Virus record (IMG/VR): IMGVR_UViG_3300042482_001698
Location: 19,755-83,754 of that record
Reading direction: 5' to 3' (one strand)
Length of the DNA stretch: 64,000 nt
From: a virus
In this document: positions 28,031 to 37,786 of the stretch, piece by piece
How the letters are laid out: every line of letters starts with the position of its first letter
How positions within the stretch are numbered: position 1 is the stretch's first letter
Made by a program: the position numbers and the translations under genes
Notes under the pieces: generated by a model
What the model was told of the DNA's origin: nothing
The model's input: only the letters and a program-made list of their open reading frames with translations
Database searches by the model: none

Positions 28031-29305
28031 ATGGCCAAGCGTAAGCAGACCTGTTGTGATTATTGTGGTAAAAGCAGCGCAGAAGTAAATGTTCTGGTCG
28101 AAGGACCAGTTACTGAACATGAGCAAAATGGCAGGCCTGTGGGCAGCAGAGTTTATATCTGCTCTGAATGTATTAACCTTTGCAAATCAATGGTTGATAA
28201 GCAAACAAAATCTCCATCACTAGTAAATCTTGCCAAAGGGATTCCAACGCCAAAGCAACTTGTTGAGCATCTGGACAAAAGCATCATCGGTCAAGATAAG
28301 GCCAAGCGCACCCTTGCTGTTGCTATTACGAACCATTATAAGCGTTTGATGCAAAACACAATTAAATCTGATGACAATCCATTTTCTGATGTTAATATTG
28401 AGAAATCTAATATTTTGCTGATAGGTCCAACTGGTTCTGGTAAAACTTCATTGGCTCGAACACTTGCTAAAATGCTTCAAGTGCCATTTGCAATTGGCGA
28501 TGCTACGACTTTGACGGAAGCTGGTTATGTTGGTGAAGATGTTGAGAATTTGATCCTTAAATTGCTCCGTGAAGCTAGCTTTGAAGTCGAAGCGGCTCAG
28601 ACAGGAATTATTTTTCTTGATGAAATAGATAAGATTGGCAAGACAAGTCAGAATGTAAGCATCACCCGTGATGTCAGCGGCGAAGGTGTTCAACAGGCTC
28701 TGCTTAAGATGATTGAAGGCACGATATGCAATGTGCCTCCCGGCGGTGGAAGAAAGCATCCAGAACAGCAATTTGTTCAGGTTGACACAACTAATGTTCT
28801 ATTTATTTGTGGCGGTGCATTTGTTGGTTTGGAAGAAATAATTAAGCGTCGAATTGGTAAGAATGTCATGGGTTTTGGTGGTGTTAACAGCAAGCAAGAT
28901 GACGATGAATGGATTTTAGAACACATTACCCATGACGACTTGATTGAATTTGGTATGATTCCAGAAATTGTTGGTCGCCTGCCAGTAATTACGCCATTAA
29001 AAGGACTTGACCAAGAAGCATTGCTTAAGATTTTGACCGAACCAAAAGATGCTTTGGTGAAGCAGTACCAGAAGATGTGTTGGCAAGACAATGTTAAGTT
29101 ACTGTTCACCAATGAAGCGTTGGTTCAAATTGCAAGCAAGGCAATGGAAAAGGGTACAGGCGCTCGTGGACTTAGAACAGTCATAGAAGGATTCATGATT
29201 GACATTATGTACAATCTAACGGATCATAGTGGCGAAGAGATCACTGTGACTAAGGATGTGGTTCTTGGACAGCCTGCTGTTTTTAACAAGAAGTTTGCAG
29301 CCTAG
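28031..29305 (+). CDS. clpX: ATP-dependent Clp protease ATP-binding subunit ClpX
   Basis: N-terminal C4 zinc finger, [45 protein letters not shown]. Confidence 0.95.
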   Translation: MAKRKQTCCDYCGKSSAEVNVLVEGPVTEHEQNGRPVGSRVYICSECINLCKSMVDKQTKSPSLVNLAKGIPTPKQLVEHLDKSIIGQDKAKRTLAVAITNHYKRLMQNTIKSDDNPFSDVNIEKSNILLIGPTGSGKTSLARTLAKMLQVPFAIGDATTLTEAGYVGEDVENLILKLLREASFEVEAAQTGIIFLDEIDKIGKTSQNVSITRDVSGEGVQQALLKMIEGTICNVPPGGGRKHPEQQFVQVDTTNVLFICGGAFVGLEEIIKRRIGKNVMGFGGVNSKQDDDEWILEHITHDDLIEFGMIPEIVGRLPVITPLKGLDQEALLKILTEPKDALVKQYQKMCWQDNVKLLFTNEALVQIASKAMEKGTGARGLRTVIEGFMIDIMYNLTDHSGEEITVTKDVVLGQPAVFNKKFAA

Positions 29306-29318
29306 TCTGTATGGATAC

Positions 29319-29377
29319 TGGTCAACTACCTTACTGGCGCACAATACTTGAGAAGTTGACGGTCAGGTAGTTGACCA
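29319..29377 (+). repeat. 13-bp inverted repeat after clpX containing three GTTGAC cores
   Basis: TGGTCAACTACCT/AGGTAGTTGACCA with AAGTTGACGG in the loop. Confidence 0.55.
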
Positions 29378-29430
29378 ATTTTTCTTCTAATTTTCTTAAA
29401 TTTATTATTGTAAATTATGTTAATTATAGT

Positions 29431-29474
29431 TAGACTTGAATGATTATGACTTTTATAATCCGTTGACAAACGGA
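29431..29474 (+). promoter_or_regulatory. sigma70-type promoter overlapped by element copy F
   Basis: TAGACT-17-TATAAT directly followed by TCCGTT-GACA-AACGGA. Confidence 0.55.
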
Positions 29475-29488
29475 AGAGGTATTTTTAC

Positions 29489-30085
29489 ATGAATTATATT
29501 GTCTCTACTTTTTTTGATGAGGAAGATTGGAATAAGTTCGGTTTGAATTGGGTTCGCAATGCTAAATCCGCATCACTCGACGCTATAATTATAGGTAAGG
29601 ATCTGCCAGAAGACGCAATTGCAAAAATCGCAGAATTAAATTTTCTTTATTTTCCTGTTTTAGACAAATTTAAAAAAAATTGCAATGCAATGCACACACT
29701 GGTATGCAATCTACCAAAAAATAGTAGATGTTTGTGGACAAAACCTGAAATTTTACCAAAAGCTGGTATTATAGGAGAAGCAGATTTGATATGTGGTCTT
29801 TCTGATTCCCCTATAAGTAAAATAGTCAGTTCTGTTATCAATCTCTATGACAGAGCGGCGATGATAGAATCGTTGTCTCAACACATTGAGTCAGTTCATA
29901 ATAAGTATTTGTCTGCCAATTATATGTTGGGAACGACAGATTTTTGGAACGGTTTTTTTGGTTGTAAGTCTTATTTGCACGAACGAGGTTATTTGGTTGA
30001 AAATTCAGAAGACGACGATCTCGTTTTAAACTTTTTTGTTGCATTCGCACATTCTTTTTCAGTAGAAATAAAGGACTATTGTTGA
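29489..30085 (+). CDS. hypothetical protein
   Basis: 198 aa; GAGG RBS. Confidence 0.65.
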   Translation: MNYIVSTFFDEEDWNKFGLNWVRNAKSASLDAIIIGKDLPEDAIAKIAELNFLYFPVLDKFKKNCNAMHTLVCNLPKNSRCLWTKPEILPKAGIIGEADLICGLSDSPISKIVSSVINLYDRAAMIESLSQHIESVHNKYLSANYMLGTTDFWNGFFGCKSYLHERGYLVENSEDDDLVLNFFVAFAHSFSVEIKDYC

Positions 30086-30089
30086 AACT

Positions 30090-30221
30090 ATGGAATTAAT
30101 ACTCTATCACTTTGGTTCTTTTATGTTTTTCATGTTAAGCATGTTTGTAATTTGTGCTTTCATGGTTGCTCTTACAAGAACTAATAAAGAAGAAACAACA
30201 AGAATTAAGGAAGATGAATGA
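30090..30221 (+). CDS. 43-aa membrane peptide (absent from the ORF track)
   Basis: MELILYHFGSFMFFMLSMFVICAFMVALTR...; ATGA coupling to the next gene. Confidence 0.5.
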   Translation: MELILYHFGSFMFFMLSMFVICAFMVALTRTNKEETTRIKEDE

Positions 30222-30646
30222 ACATATTGCTTTTTGTTTATGGAACTCTAAAAATGGGGTTCTCTAGAAACTACGCTTTGAATGGACAGATTTATTTGGG
30301 TACTGCTAAAACAAAGCCCGAATACAGCATGTATGCACTAAATGGTTATCCAGCTTTGGTTGATCAAAGAATGGCTGAAAAAAATAAACTTCAAGTTTCT
30401 ACTTCTGTATTTGGTGAAATTTGGGAGGTAGACGAAGAAGCAATTACTAAAATCGATAAAATAGAAAGCACAGATATTGATTTGTTTGAAAGGAAAGCAA
30501 TAAATATTGATGAGTTTACGCTTTCAAGATTGCCTCTTGATAAATCTGTATGGCGTTCAATAGAAGATAAAATAGCATTATCTTATATTTACAAACAGAA
30601 TATATATGGTGCTGCTATCTGTGGTTCCTTTTGGCATAAAAGGTAG
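30218..30646 (+). CDS. gamma-glutamylcyclotransferase (AIG2-like)
   Basis: LFVYGTLKMG, YPALV, VFGEIWEV, DKIE. Confidence 0.85.
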   Translation: MNILLFVYGTLKMGFSRNYALNGQIYLGTAKTKPEYSMYALNGYPALVDQRMAEKNKLQVSTSVFGEIWEVDEEAITKIDKIESTDIDLFERKAINIDEFTLSRLPLDKSVWRSIEDKIALSYIYKQNIYGAAICGSFWHKR

Positions 30647-30653
30647 TGAAATA

Positions 30654-31022
30654 ATGAATATGAATTATTTATTATCTGGTTTTATTTTAGGTGTGTCGGT
30701 ATTAACAATTTTTTTATTGATATATCGTTCTATTATGCTGCGTAAAATTGAATCATTACAGTCACAAGCTGTTTTGGATGATTTGGAATTAGCAACGAAA
30801 GAACAGCTTCTTAATGAATTCCGCAAACGTCCCAATAATTCTTACATTCTTTTGTTGCCAATGTCTAATAAAGATGAACAAGGAATAAAAATAGAATTAA
30901 ATAGATTCACACCTTATGATAGTGTAGGATTATTACACTTGGCTACCAGTCTTATTTTTCGTCAAATGAAAAATAAAGGTATGTCTTTACCTGAACTGCC
31001 ATCTATTATTGACGAAGATTGA
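30654..31022 (+). CDS. membrane-anchored hypothetical protein
   Basis: N-terminal TM helix. Confidence 0.6.
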   Translation: MNMNYLLSGFILGVSVLTIFLLIYRSIMLRKIESLQSQAVLDDLELATKEQLLNEFRKRPNNSYILLLPMSNKDEQGIKIELNRFTPYDSVGLLHLATSLIFRQMKNKGMSLPELPSIIDED

Positions 31023-31043
31023 CATTCAAAGTTTATTTCTTTG

Positions 31044-31070
31044 GGAAAGAAATCCGTCATCCGTTGACGG
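31044..31070 (+). repeat. dispersed intergenic element, copy G
   Basis: GGAAAGAAATCCGTCATCCGTTGACGG, 26/27 identical to 25206-25232. Confidence 0.7.
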
Positions 31071-31087
31071 CGAATAAGGATTGTATA

Positions 31088-32221
31088 ATGCTCAAGAAAG
31101 TAAAAATCTGTTTGAATACAATGGTTGCCAACGAGGCACATGTTATTCACAGAATGCTAGAATCTTGTTACAAGTTTATTGATTATTGGGTCATTCAAGA
31201 TAATGGATCTAATGATGGCACTCAAGATATAATTCGTAATTTTTTTAAAGAGAAAAATATACCCGGGTTCATTTATGAAATTCCTTGGCAATATCCCGGC
31301 TACAATCGTGATCATGCTCTACAAAAAGCTTTACAGGCCTCACATAATTGCGATTGGATTTTAAGAATAGATGCCGACGAAATTATTCTAGTTGATGATG
31401 ATTTCGATTGGACACCAATCAACGATACATCAAATCAAAGCTTTAATATTACTGCACAACAAAACAATTGCGTTTATTATAGATGTTGGCTATGGAATTC
31501 TAAATTACCATGGAAATTTAAACACGATAAACGACATGAAACCATTTACATGGAAGAAGTTGGAGAAGATTTTGTCAGGAACAGTCTTTCATCAAAATTT
31601 AGACATGTTATTTATGGAGATGGCAAAACTTGGTTTAGTCCTTATAAATTTTATAGTGATGCTCTAGAAATTGAAAAAGATCTTTTGCTAGAAAATAAAA
31701 TGAATATTGACATATATCATTTGTTTTATATTGCCAAAAGTTACCGAGATGCAGTTGTTGATAAAAAAAGCATATGGCCATTTGGTGACTCACACATGAA
31801 AGAATGTGCCAGAAGAGCTATTTTCTTTTTCCAACAATATCTTAATATTGTTCACAATTTCAACAACACATCAAAAGCAGATCGCTTAGATGAAATGGGC
31901 TACATGGTCTTGGTTTTCATTTCTGAGTGCCAAAGAAAACTGGGGGATGATGAATCGGCTCTTTTGTCTTTGATGCAAGCAGAGCCTTTTTGCCCCGAAA
32001 GAAATGAACATCTTCTTGAAATTGCACAAATTTATTCCGATCATGGGCAAAAAATTGGATTTCTTAATACGACAGCAAAACTCGTTGATCCATTAAGAAA
32101 AAATCCATTTCCAAAATTTTGCTTCTTCATCAATAATGAAGCATATTATGACACAGGAGAATATGTGAAATACCTTCATAATATCTCTTGCATATTCAAT
32201 AATATTTCTACAGCTACTTGA
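31088..32221 (+). CDS. GT2 glycosyltransferase with TPR-like C-terminus
   Basis: ICLNTMVANE, DNGSNDGT, IDADE, HE. Confidence 0.85.
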   Translation: MLKKVKICLNTMVANEAHVIHRMLESCYKFIDYWVIQDNGSNDGTQDIIRNFFKEKNIPGFIYEIPWQYPGYNRDHALQKALQASHNCDWILRIDADEIILVDDDFDWTPINDTSNQSFNITAQQNNCVYYRCWLWNSKLPWKFKHDKRHETIYMEEVGEDFVRNSLSSKFRHVIYGDGKTWFSPYKFYSDALEIEKDLLLENKMNIDIYHLFYIAKSYRDAVVDKKSIWPFGDSHMKECARRAIFFFQQYLNIVHNFNNTSKADRLDEMGYMVLVFISECQRKLGDDESALLSLMQAEPFCPERNEHLLEIAQIYSDHGQKIGFLNTTAKLVDPLRKNPFPKFCFFINNEAYYDTGEYVKYLHNISCIFNNISTAT

Positions 32222-32288
32222 CAAATCGTTGAATTTTTTACTAATGATGCTATTGTCTAAAAAACAATAAATCATTATAGATAATTGT

Positions 32289-32849
32289 ATGGAAATTAGT
32301 TTTAGAAAATATATTGAATCGTATACTGATATGGGTTTACATATGGGGTCCAATAACATATTGGATGCTTGGGAAGAATTGGCAGCAGAAAAGCATATTA
32401 AAAAGGCATTGAGTTACGGCGAAAAAACTTTAAAAATAGCAGAAAAATTAGATAAATTTATAGGGATGAAGAAGATGTTTTTTCTTTTGGGTCCCACAAC
32501 ACATGTTTTGGTTAGCAGTGGAATTTCTTTGTCAAAGATATTAAATGAACCGAAAAAAATTTCAAATTGGATTGAATTGAAAGATCAACTTATTGAATTA
32601 GTCAAATTGGCAGCAATTAATCCATTAATTGCGGGACCAGCAGCAATTGGAATAGCGCATTTGACAGGTTTTGCGGCAAATCAAGAAGCCATATTGCTAG
32701 TTGCCAAATTAGCATCGTCTGTTTATTTTTACTTAGAAAGCATTCTGAAGATCATGCAAACTAGCAAATTAGACTATGTTCAGAAAATTGCCGAATCATT
32801 AAAAGACAAATTAAAAATTTTAATGCCTAAGACTCAATTACCGAATTGA
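32289..32849 (+). CDS. hypothetical protein with hydrophobic segments and a putative capsid-targeting N-terminus
   Basis: MEISFRKYIES; TAGATA 5 nt upstream. Confidence 0.6.
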   Translation: MEISFRKYIESYTDMGLHMGSNNILDAWEELAAEKHIKKALSYGEKTLKIAEKLDKFIGMKKMFFLLGPTTHVLVSSGISLSKILNEPKKISNWIELKDQLIELVKLAAINPLIAGPAAIGIAHLTGFAANQEAILLVAKLASSVYFYLESILKIMQTSKLDYVQKIAESLKDKLKILMPKTQLPN

Positions 32850-33311
32850 TGTTAATGCTTTGATAGTGCTTTCTGCATTAACATGCAATATTCCATTCCC
32901 ACCCCAATCACGCCATTCTTGAATGTTGATGTGAAGATCATCTATTAGTATTTTCCCTGCACTAGCGTAATATTTTTTCACCTTGCTTTTCTCGACACAG
33001 ATGATTCTTTTACCAGAAACACCAATATGATTCTGGCACCATATGTTTTTCCCATCACATGCTTCCTTTGATTCCGAACATGATGTCAGGATATAAGGTT
33101 TATATTTTTTTATATAATTCCATAGAATTTGACAGTCTTTTGTTTCAGGTAAATTTGCCCAAAAATCAATTTTTTCTTTGCTTGTAAGCTTGTCAATATA
33201 ATTGTTAAAATAATCTATAAATGTTTCTCCATTGTTAAGTTTAAATCCATATATCTCACTTAGCTTTCCAACTAAATCAACAAGAACACCATCTAAATCA
33301 CAATATATCAT
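32838..33311 (-). CDS. HAD-family 5'(3')-deoxyribonucleotidase-like protein
   Basis: IYCDLDGVLVD, ILTS, K..W, ILIDD, GGNGILH. Confidence 0.85.
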   Translation of the reverse strand: MIYCDLDGVLVDLVGKLSEIYGFKLNNGETFIDYFNNYIDKLTSKEKIDFWANLPETKDCQILWNYIKKYKPYILTSCSESKEACDGKNIWCQNHIGVSGKRIICVEKSKVKKYYASAGKILIDDLHINIQEWRDWGGNGILHVNAESTIKALTSIR

Positions 33312-33389
33312 AATTTTTTTTCATTTTCTGTTTACAAATTACCTTAAATTCTATAAGTTAATAGGGGATAAAACAAACTATCGAAGGGA

Positions 33390-33659
33390 ATGGATAAAAT
33401 GAAAAACCCATTAGGCAAAAATGTCGATCTGAGATTATGCTTGGTTGACAGCACCTATGACAAGGAAGTCGATGAATGGATGATAGACAAGATTTCCGAC
33501 ACTGATTCAATCTTGCAAATTTCAAGTCCAAGTCAAGAAGAAATATGCAGCAAGGTTAAACTTTGCAGGAAGAAGCATATTGCCTATATTTCCAAGAATG
33601 ACATATTTGTCGTTCATCGTAATAGCAATAAACCAATAGTATGCTTGAGAAAAGTTTGA
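33390..33659 (+). CDS. hypothetical protein
   Basis: 89-aa ORF after a sigma70-like promoter. Confidence 0.55.
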   Translation: MDKMKNPLGKNVDLRLCLVDSTYDKEVDEWMIDKISDTDSILQISSPSQEEICSKVKLCRKKHIAYISKNDIFVVHRNSNKPIVCLRKV

Positions 33660-33712
33660 TTTTTAGCAGAAGAATTTTATGAAATAACTGAGATTCAATC
33701 CGAATAAGAGAT

Positions 33713-34534
33713 GTGGAGATCAGGGTAACAGACGGAGAACTGGAAATGAACGTCAAGAAAGTTTGGTTTTACATCCATCGTTTCGATGCCGCCAAGACCG
33801 CACATGTGGCTAGCATAATTCTCAGGAAGTATCCGTTCATCAAGCCTACTGTCGAAGGTGACAAGTGCATCCTGTTGTGCAGTGATATGGGTAAAGACCC
33901 ATCCTCTTGGGTCATCGAGAAGCTCGTTGAAAACAAAAAGTTTCTGGGTCATTTCCACTCAGGAAGCAAGCGATATAATGCCGAAAGGCATGAATATTTG
34001 ACAGAAAAGCATCATGCTGCTGTCTGTCGGTTTGGTTTTTTTGACTTATATGATGTTCCCGATGATTTACAGTTTGCTAATTTTATTCTTGGGAAGTTGC
34101 AAAACACTCTTTCGGGACAGCCTGCTTATCTCGCTGAAGAGAATGCTTCTATCAGCAGTGGCCATAAATTGAATTTCTCAAATGAGATCAAAGTGGAAAG
34201 GAGGAAGATGTATATTTATAACCTCGTAAAATTCCACAATTATTCTAAGGAATTAGCAACATTGGTGATTGATCGAAGATTTCCAGAATGGAAAGACATA
34301 AAAATCGAGAAGAAAAAGATCATTCTTCGTGATGAAAGAAAAAGGGCTAGAGATGAGTACAGGAAAGCTTTAGAACTTGCTAAGAAGTTGGCTTTTATGT
34401 CACCTAAGAAGAGAAAGATTTATCTAGAAAGTGATAATTTTTTTGAATATATACTTTTTATGATGCTCTGTAAGGTAAAGGGTAAAGAGTGGATTTTAGA
34501 GAATATTGGACCTGTACCCGGAATTGTCGAGTGA
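33713..34534 (+). CDS. hypothetical protein
   Basis: 273-aa ORF (start may be the ATG at 33746); followed by a terminator. Confidence 0.65.
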   Translation: MEIRVTDGELEMNVKKVWFYIHRFDAAKTAHVASIILRKYPFIKPTVEGDKCILLCSDMGKDPSSWVIEKLVENKKFLGHFHSGSKRYNAERHEYLTEKHHAAVCRFGFFDLYDVPDDLQFANFILGKLQNTLSGQPAYLAEENASISSGHKLNFSNEIKVERRKMYIYNLVKFHNYSKELATLVIDRRFPEWKDIKIEKKKIILRDERKRARDEYRKALELAKKLAFMSPKKRKIYLESDNFFEYILFMMLCKVKGKEWILENIGPVPGIVE

Positions 34535-34539
34535 TAATG

Positions 34540-34569
34540 AAAAGGCCAGCTAAAAAGCTGGCCTTTTTT
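34540..34569. terminator. bidirectional intrinsic terminator
   Basis: AAAAGGCCAGCT/AGCTGGCCTTTT between convergent genes. Confidence 0.75.
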
Positions 34570-34589
34570 ATTCACTCTAAAAATTTCCA

Positions 34590-34928
34590 TTAGTTAATCA
34601 TGTGGCCAATTTTCATGATTATTAAGCCTATAAACATTGTTATCATTCCAAAAATTCCCCAATAGTCTAGTTTTACGTTGAAGAAAATTAAAGGGGTAAA
34701 GTAAAAAACCGCTATATAAACCAAGTCCCACATTAAAACAAATATGAAGAATTCTTCTTTATTGTCAACAATTTTGGTGGACCAATACCAAAGTAGACTG
34801 TAAAAAAAACCTATGATCATGCAAATCGTAAAATAATTATAACTGTTTTTATCAAAAAAATCATTAAATGCTATGTATGCATAAGAAAAATATACAATGC
34901 TAGCTAGAAATAAAAGTAAACATTCCAT
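34590..34928 (-). CDS. small multi-TM membrane protein
   Basis: four hydrophobic helices; AGGAGG RBS. Confidence 0.65.
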   Translation of the reverse strand: MECLLLFLASIVYFSYAYIAFNDFFDKNSYNYFTICMIIGFFYSLLWYWSTKIVDNKEEFFIFVLMWDLVYIAVFYFTPLIFFNVKLDYWGIFGMITMFIGLIIMKIGHMIN

Positions 34929-35046
34929 ATACCTCCTTGTTATGGACACTGGGCGAAAAATTCCATTCAACCATGATATTTATGCTTTTGACTGACAAAA
35001 ACATAACATTTTGGCTTAAATTTGTGGCAGTTGCTTGGAAAATTGC

Positions 35047-35075
35047 TTTACAACTGGATCTTAATACCATATTAT
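35047..35075 (+). promoter_or_regulatory. sigma70-type promoter
   Basis: TTTACA-17 nt-TATTAT. Confidence 0.55.
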
Positions 35076-35123
35076 CTTATTGTTGAGCTTTAGCTCCGAC
35101 AGACACAAGATGAGGTTAGAGTC

Positions 35124-36140
35124 ATGACGCAAGACGAAAAGCAAGGCAATGATCGAACAATGATTTTTTGCAAGTTTTTGCAAACTTCTGGCATTCCTTC
35201 CTCTGGTGATATTGGATCTTTGGAACACGCTGCATTGCAGTGGATTAAAAATATTCGTAAAAATTGCAATAATTTGTTTGCATCTGATTTGAATATTATT
35301 CGCAAGCATGGTCTTTTTAACAAAATATTTGTTGATCAAATTAGACAGAACAAGGTCGAAGAATTAGAAAAACAAATGCTTGAATTGTCTCATCAGCTTA
35401 GAGCCATTAAAGAAGGCATTCCTTCTGTTCCAGTTCCAAAAATTACAGTTCCAAAAATTACCATTAAAAAAGATGTAGAAAAAAGTTTTAGCGAAAATCA
35501 TAATAGATTTATAGCGGCCTACAAAGCAAATAGGAAAAAATATCGTATGAAGTTATTGAGAGCAATTTCTGGAAACAAAGATGGTTTGTCAAAAGGAGAA
35601 ATGCATATTGTGCTAGGTGGACACGCAACTGGAAAAATACTTCAGGACTGTATCAGTTTTCTCGAAAATAAAAATTTGATTTTTATGAAGGCAGTTGAGA
35701 AGAGAACTGCAAAAGGTTGCAAGTCTGTTGTTCGTCATTGGTTTTCTGTTAAAGGCAACAATGAATTAGAAACAACAGAAAAAGCAGTTGTTCAAAAGCA
35801 GCTTTTTGATAATTTGCCTATTGCAGATAACTTTATTATCAATAAAAGGCCATACACATATAACCCCGAATGTGTTTGGGCGAAGAATGTTGAAGTATTT
35901 TCTTCGAGGTTGAATGAAGAAGATTTGATTGGCGCTGCAAAAATCAAAAGCATTAAAACTGGTTTAGTTAGAGATTGTGGCCTAGAAAACTATTGCATTT
36001 ATCCAAGTGGCGCAATTAAGTATTATCTTCGCTGGCGTAGCCATGACGGTAGCTTTGGCTACGCTTTTTGGAGATGGAGTACCTCCAAAGATATTGTTGA
36101 AATTAATCTCAAGCCAGAATTCGATTTTGGCGGCAACTAA
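35124..36140 (+). CDS. hypothetical protein, basic, with a possible winged-helix segment
   Basis: 338 aa; GAGG RBS. Confidence 0.65.
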   Translation: MTQDEKQGNDRTMIFCKFLQTSGIPSSGDIGSLEHAALQWIKNIRKNCNNLFASDLNIIRKHGLFNKIFVDQIRQNKVEELEKQMLELSHQLRAIKEGIPSVPVPKITVPKITIKKDVEKSFSENHNRFIAAYKANRKKYRMKLLRAISGNKDGLSKGEMHIVLGGHATGKILQDCISFLENKNLIFMKAVEKRTAKGCKSVVRHWFSVKGNNELETTEKAVVQKQLFDNLPIADNFIINKRPYTYNPECVWAKNVEVFSSRLNEEDLIGAAKIKSIKTGLVRDCGLENYCIYPSGAIKYYLRWRSHDGSFGYAFWRWSTSKDIVEINLKPEFDFGGN

Positions 36141-36165
36141 CAGCGGCTAGTAAAGAAATACGTCC

Positions 36166-37779
36166 TCACCTGTTCGTATTCCAATCGCCTATTGTGGGTG
36201 GAAGACCAGCCCATTTGCGAGCATCCTTCCATGTTTTGGGTTTGAAATCTTTAGGGAAAAAGCTGGCTGGTTCTTTTTTCGTATCTTTAGATGGTTCACG
36301 CTGAATTACAGGTTCAGGTTCAACAATGCTTTGGAAGTACTCTGCATGAGGAATAAATTCGTCAAACATGTATATTTTGTTGTTAAAAAACACAATAGTT
36401 TTTAATGGGTCACGAAGTTCTCCATCTTCTTTTAATTTTTTGCAAGCTGCTGCTGCAACTGATATGGGTGTTTGAGGCCCCTGATAAATTGATATTAAAT
36501 CAATTTGATCGAAAATTCTTTTGACCTTATTGGAAATAGCGTAAAAATTTATAGTTTCAGGCCAATTTGTCTGATCATCTCCATATAAAAACTTTTTTAA
36601 ATTATTTTCTGTAACTGTGAATTTTAATTGATCAAAATCAGTCCTATAGCCTATCCTGCCAACAGCAGAAACAACATCGCCAAATCTAGAATAAATTCCA
36701 TTATAAGCTTTGATAAGTTTTCTTCCTATATTTTCGTCTTTACGGGTTTCATTGTCAATTAATTGTCTGTGATATGTTTTATTTTCTCCTAAGTAATTTG
36801 TGTCTGTGGATTCAAGATAAATAAATGGTTTATGAGCCGCTGTAAGCTCCCCATCTATAATTTCAGCAGCTGAAATATCAATGATTTCGTCTGGTTTTTT
36901 GAATATTTCTAAACCATTTTCTATAGTAGGAAAATATTCATCAGCTTCTCGCAAATTAAACCATTTCTGATGGTTTGTGTTCCAATCACCTATTGTGGGT
37001 GGAAGACCTACCCATTTTTTGGCTTGTGGCCATGTTTCTGGCTTGAAATCCTTCGGATAAAGACTCATAGGTTTTTTAATATCTTTAGGTGGTTCAACAT
37101 TAATTACAGGTTCTGGTTTATAAGGAGGCACATAATAAGAAATAAATTCACTGAATATGTATGCTTTATTACCAAAAACAACAATGGTTTTTAATGGATC
37201 AATAATTTTACCATCTTGTTCTAATTTTTTACATGCTGCTGCACCAACTGAGATGGTAGGGTGTCTAGAGGTAGCATAAATTGCTATTAAATCAATTTGA
37301 TTGAATATTCTTTTGAATGAATCGCCTATAGCGTCTAAATTCACACGTTCAGGCCAATTTGTCTGATCCTCTCCATATAAAAATCTTTTGATATTATCAT
37401 TTGGAAGCCTTCTTTTTAATTTATCAAAATTAATCCTATAACCTATCCTGCCAACAGCAGCAACCACATCAGGACGTGTTTGGTAAATTCCATCATAAGC
37501 TTTTCTAAGTTGTAGACCTATATTTGCGTCTTCTCGAATTTTTGCATAAATTAAATTATCATGATAACCTTCAGTTATGCCCGAATAAATCGTGTCTGTA
37601 GATTCTAGATAAATAAATGGAACATGGGTATCTGTAAGATTTCCATCTATAATCGAAGCGGCTGAAATCATAACATTGTCATCTGGCTTCATGAATATTT
37701 CTAAACCATTTTTTATATCAGGGGAATACTCATCAGCTTCTCTTAGATCAAACCATTTATAAAAAGATAGATTATTCAT
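36166..37779 (-). CDS. tandemly duplicated two-domain protein
   Basis: two ~268-aa halves, each starting KWF.LREADEY and ending PKDFKP.TW..A.KW.GLPPTIGDWNTN. Confidence 0.8.
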   Translation of the reverse strand: MNNLSFYKWFDLREADEYSPDIKNGLEIFMKPDDNVMISAASIIDGNLTDTHVPFIYLESTDTIYSGITEGYHDNLIYAKIREDANIGLQLRKAYDGIYQTRPDVVAAVGRIGYRINFDKLKRRLPNDNIKRFLYGEDQTNWPERVNLDAIGDSFKRIFNQIDLIAIYATSRHPTISVGAAACKKLEQDGKIIDPLKTIVVFGNKAYIFSEFISYYVPPYKPEPVINVEPPKDIKKPMSLYPKDFKPETWPQAKKWVGLPPTIGDWNTNHQKWFNLREADEYFPTIENGLEIFKKPDEIIDISAAEIIDGELTAAHKPFIYLESTDTNYLGENKTYHRQLIDNETRKDENIGRKLIKAYNGIYSRFGDVVSAVGRIGYRTDFDQLKFTVTENNLKKFLYGDDQTNWPETINFYAISNKVKRIFDQIDLISIYQGPQTPISVAAAACKKLKEDGELRDPLKTIVFFNNKIYMFDEFIPHAEYFQSIVEPEPVIQREPSKDTKKEPASFFPKDFKPKTWKDARKWAGLPPTIGDWNTNR

Positions 37780-37786
37780 ATTTACC

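Noticed and set aside
28031-29305. Reassignment of AGA away from Arg
   Set aside because: AGA encodes conserved Arg in the ClpX motifs GGRKHP and GARGLR.
29319-29377. IscB omega-RNA/HEARO 5' end (GTCAACTACC...GTTGACCA)
   Set aside because: Only a short resemblance. No iscB, tnpB or tnpA is nearby, and the position after clpX suits a terminator.
16229-31070. Integron attC cassette array
   Set aside because: GTTGACG does not fit GTTRRRY, there are no RYYYAAC partner boxes, and no integrase is seen.
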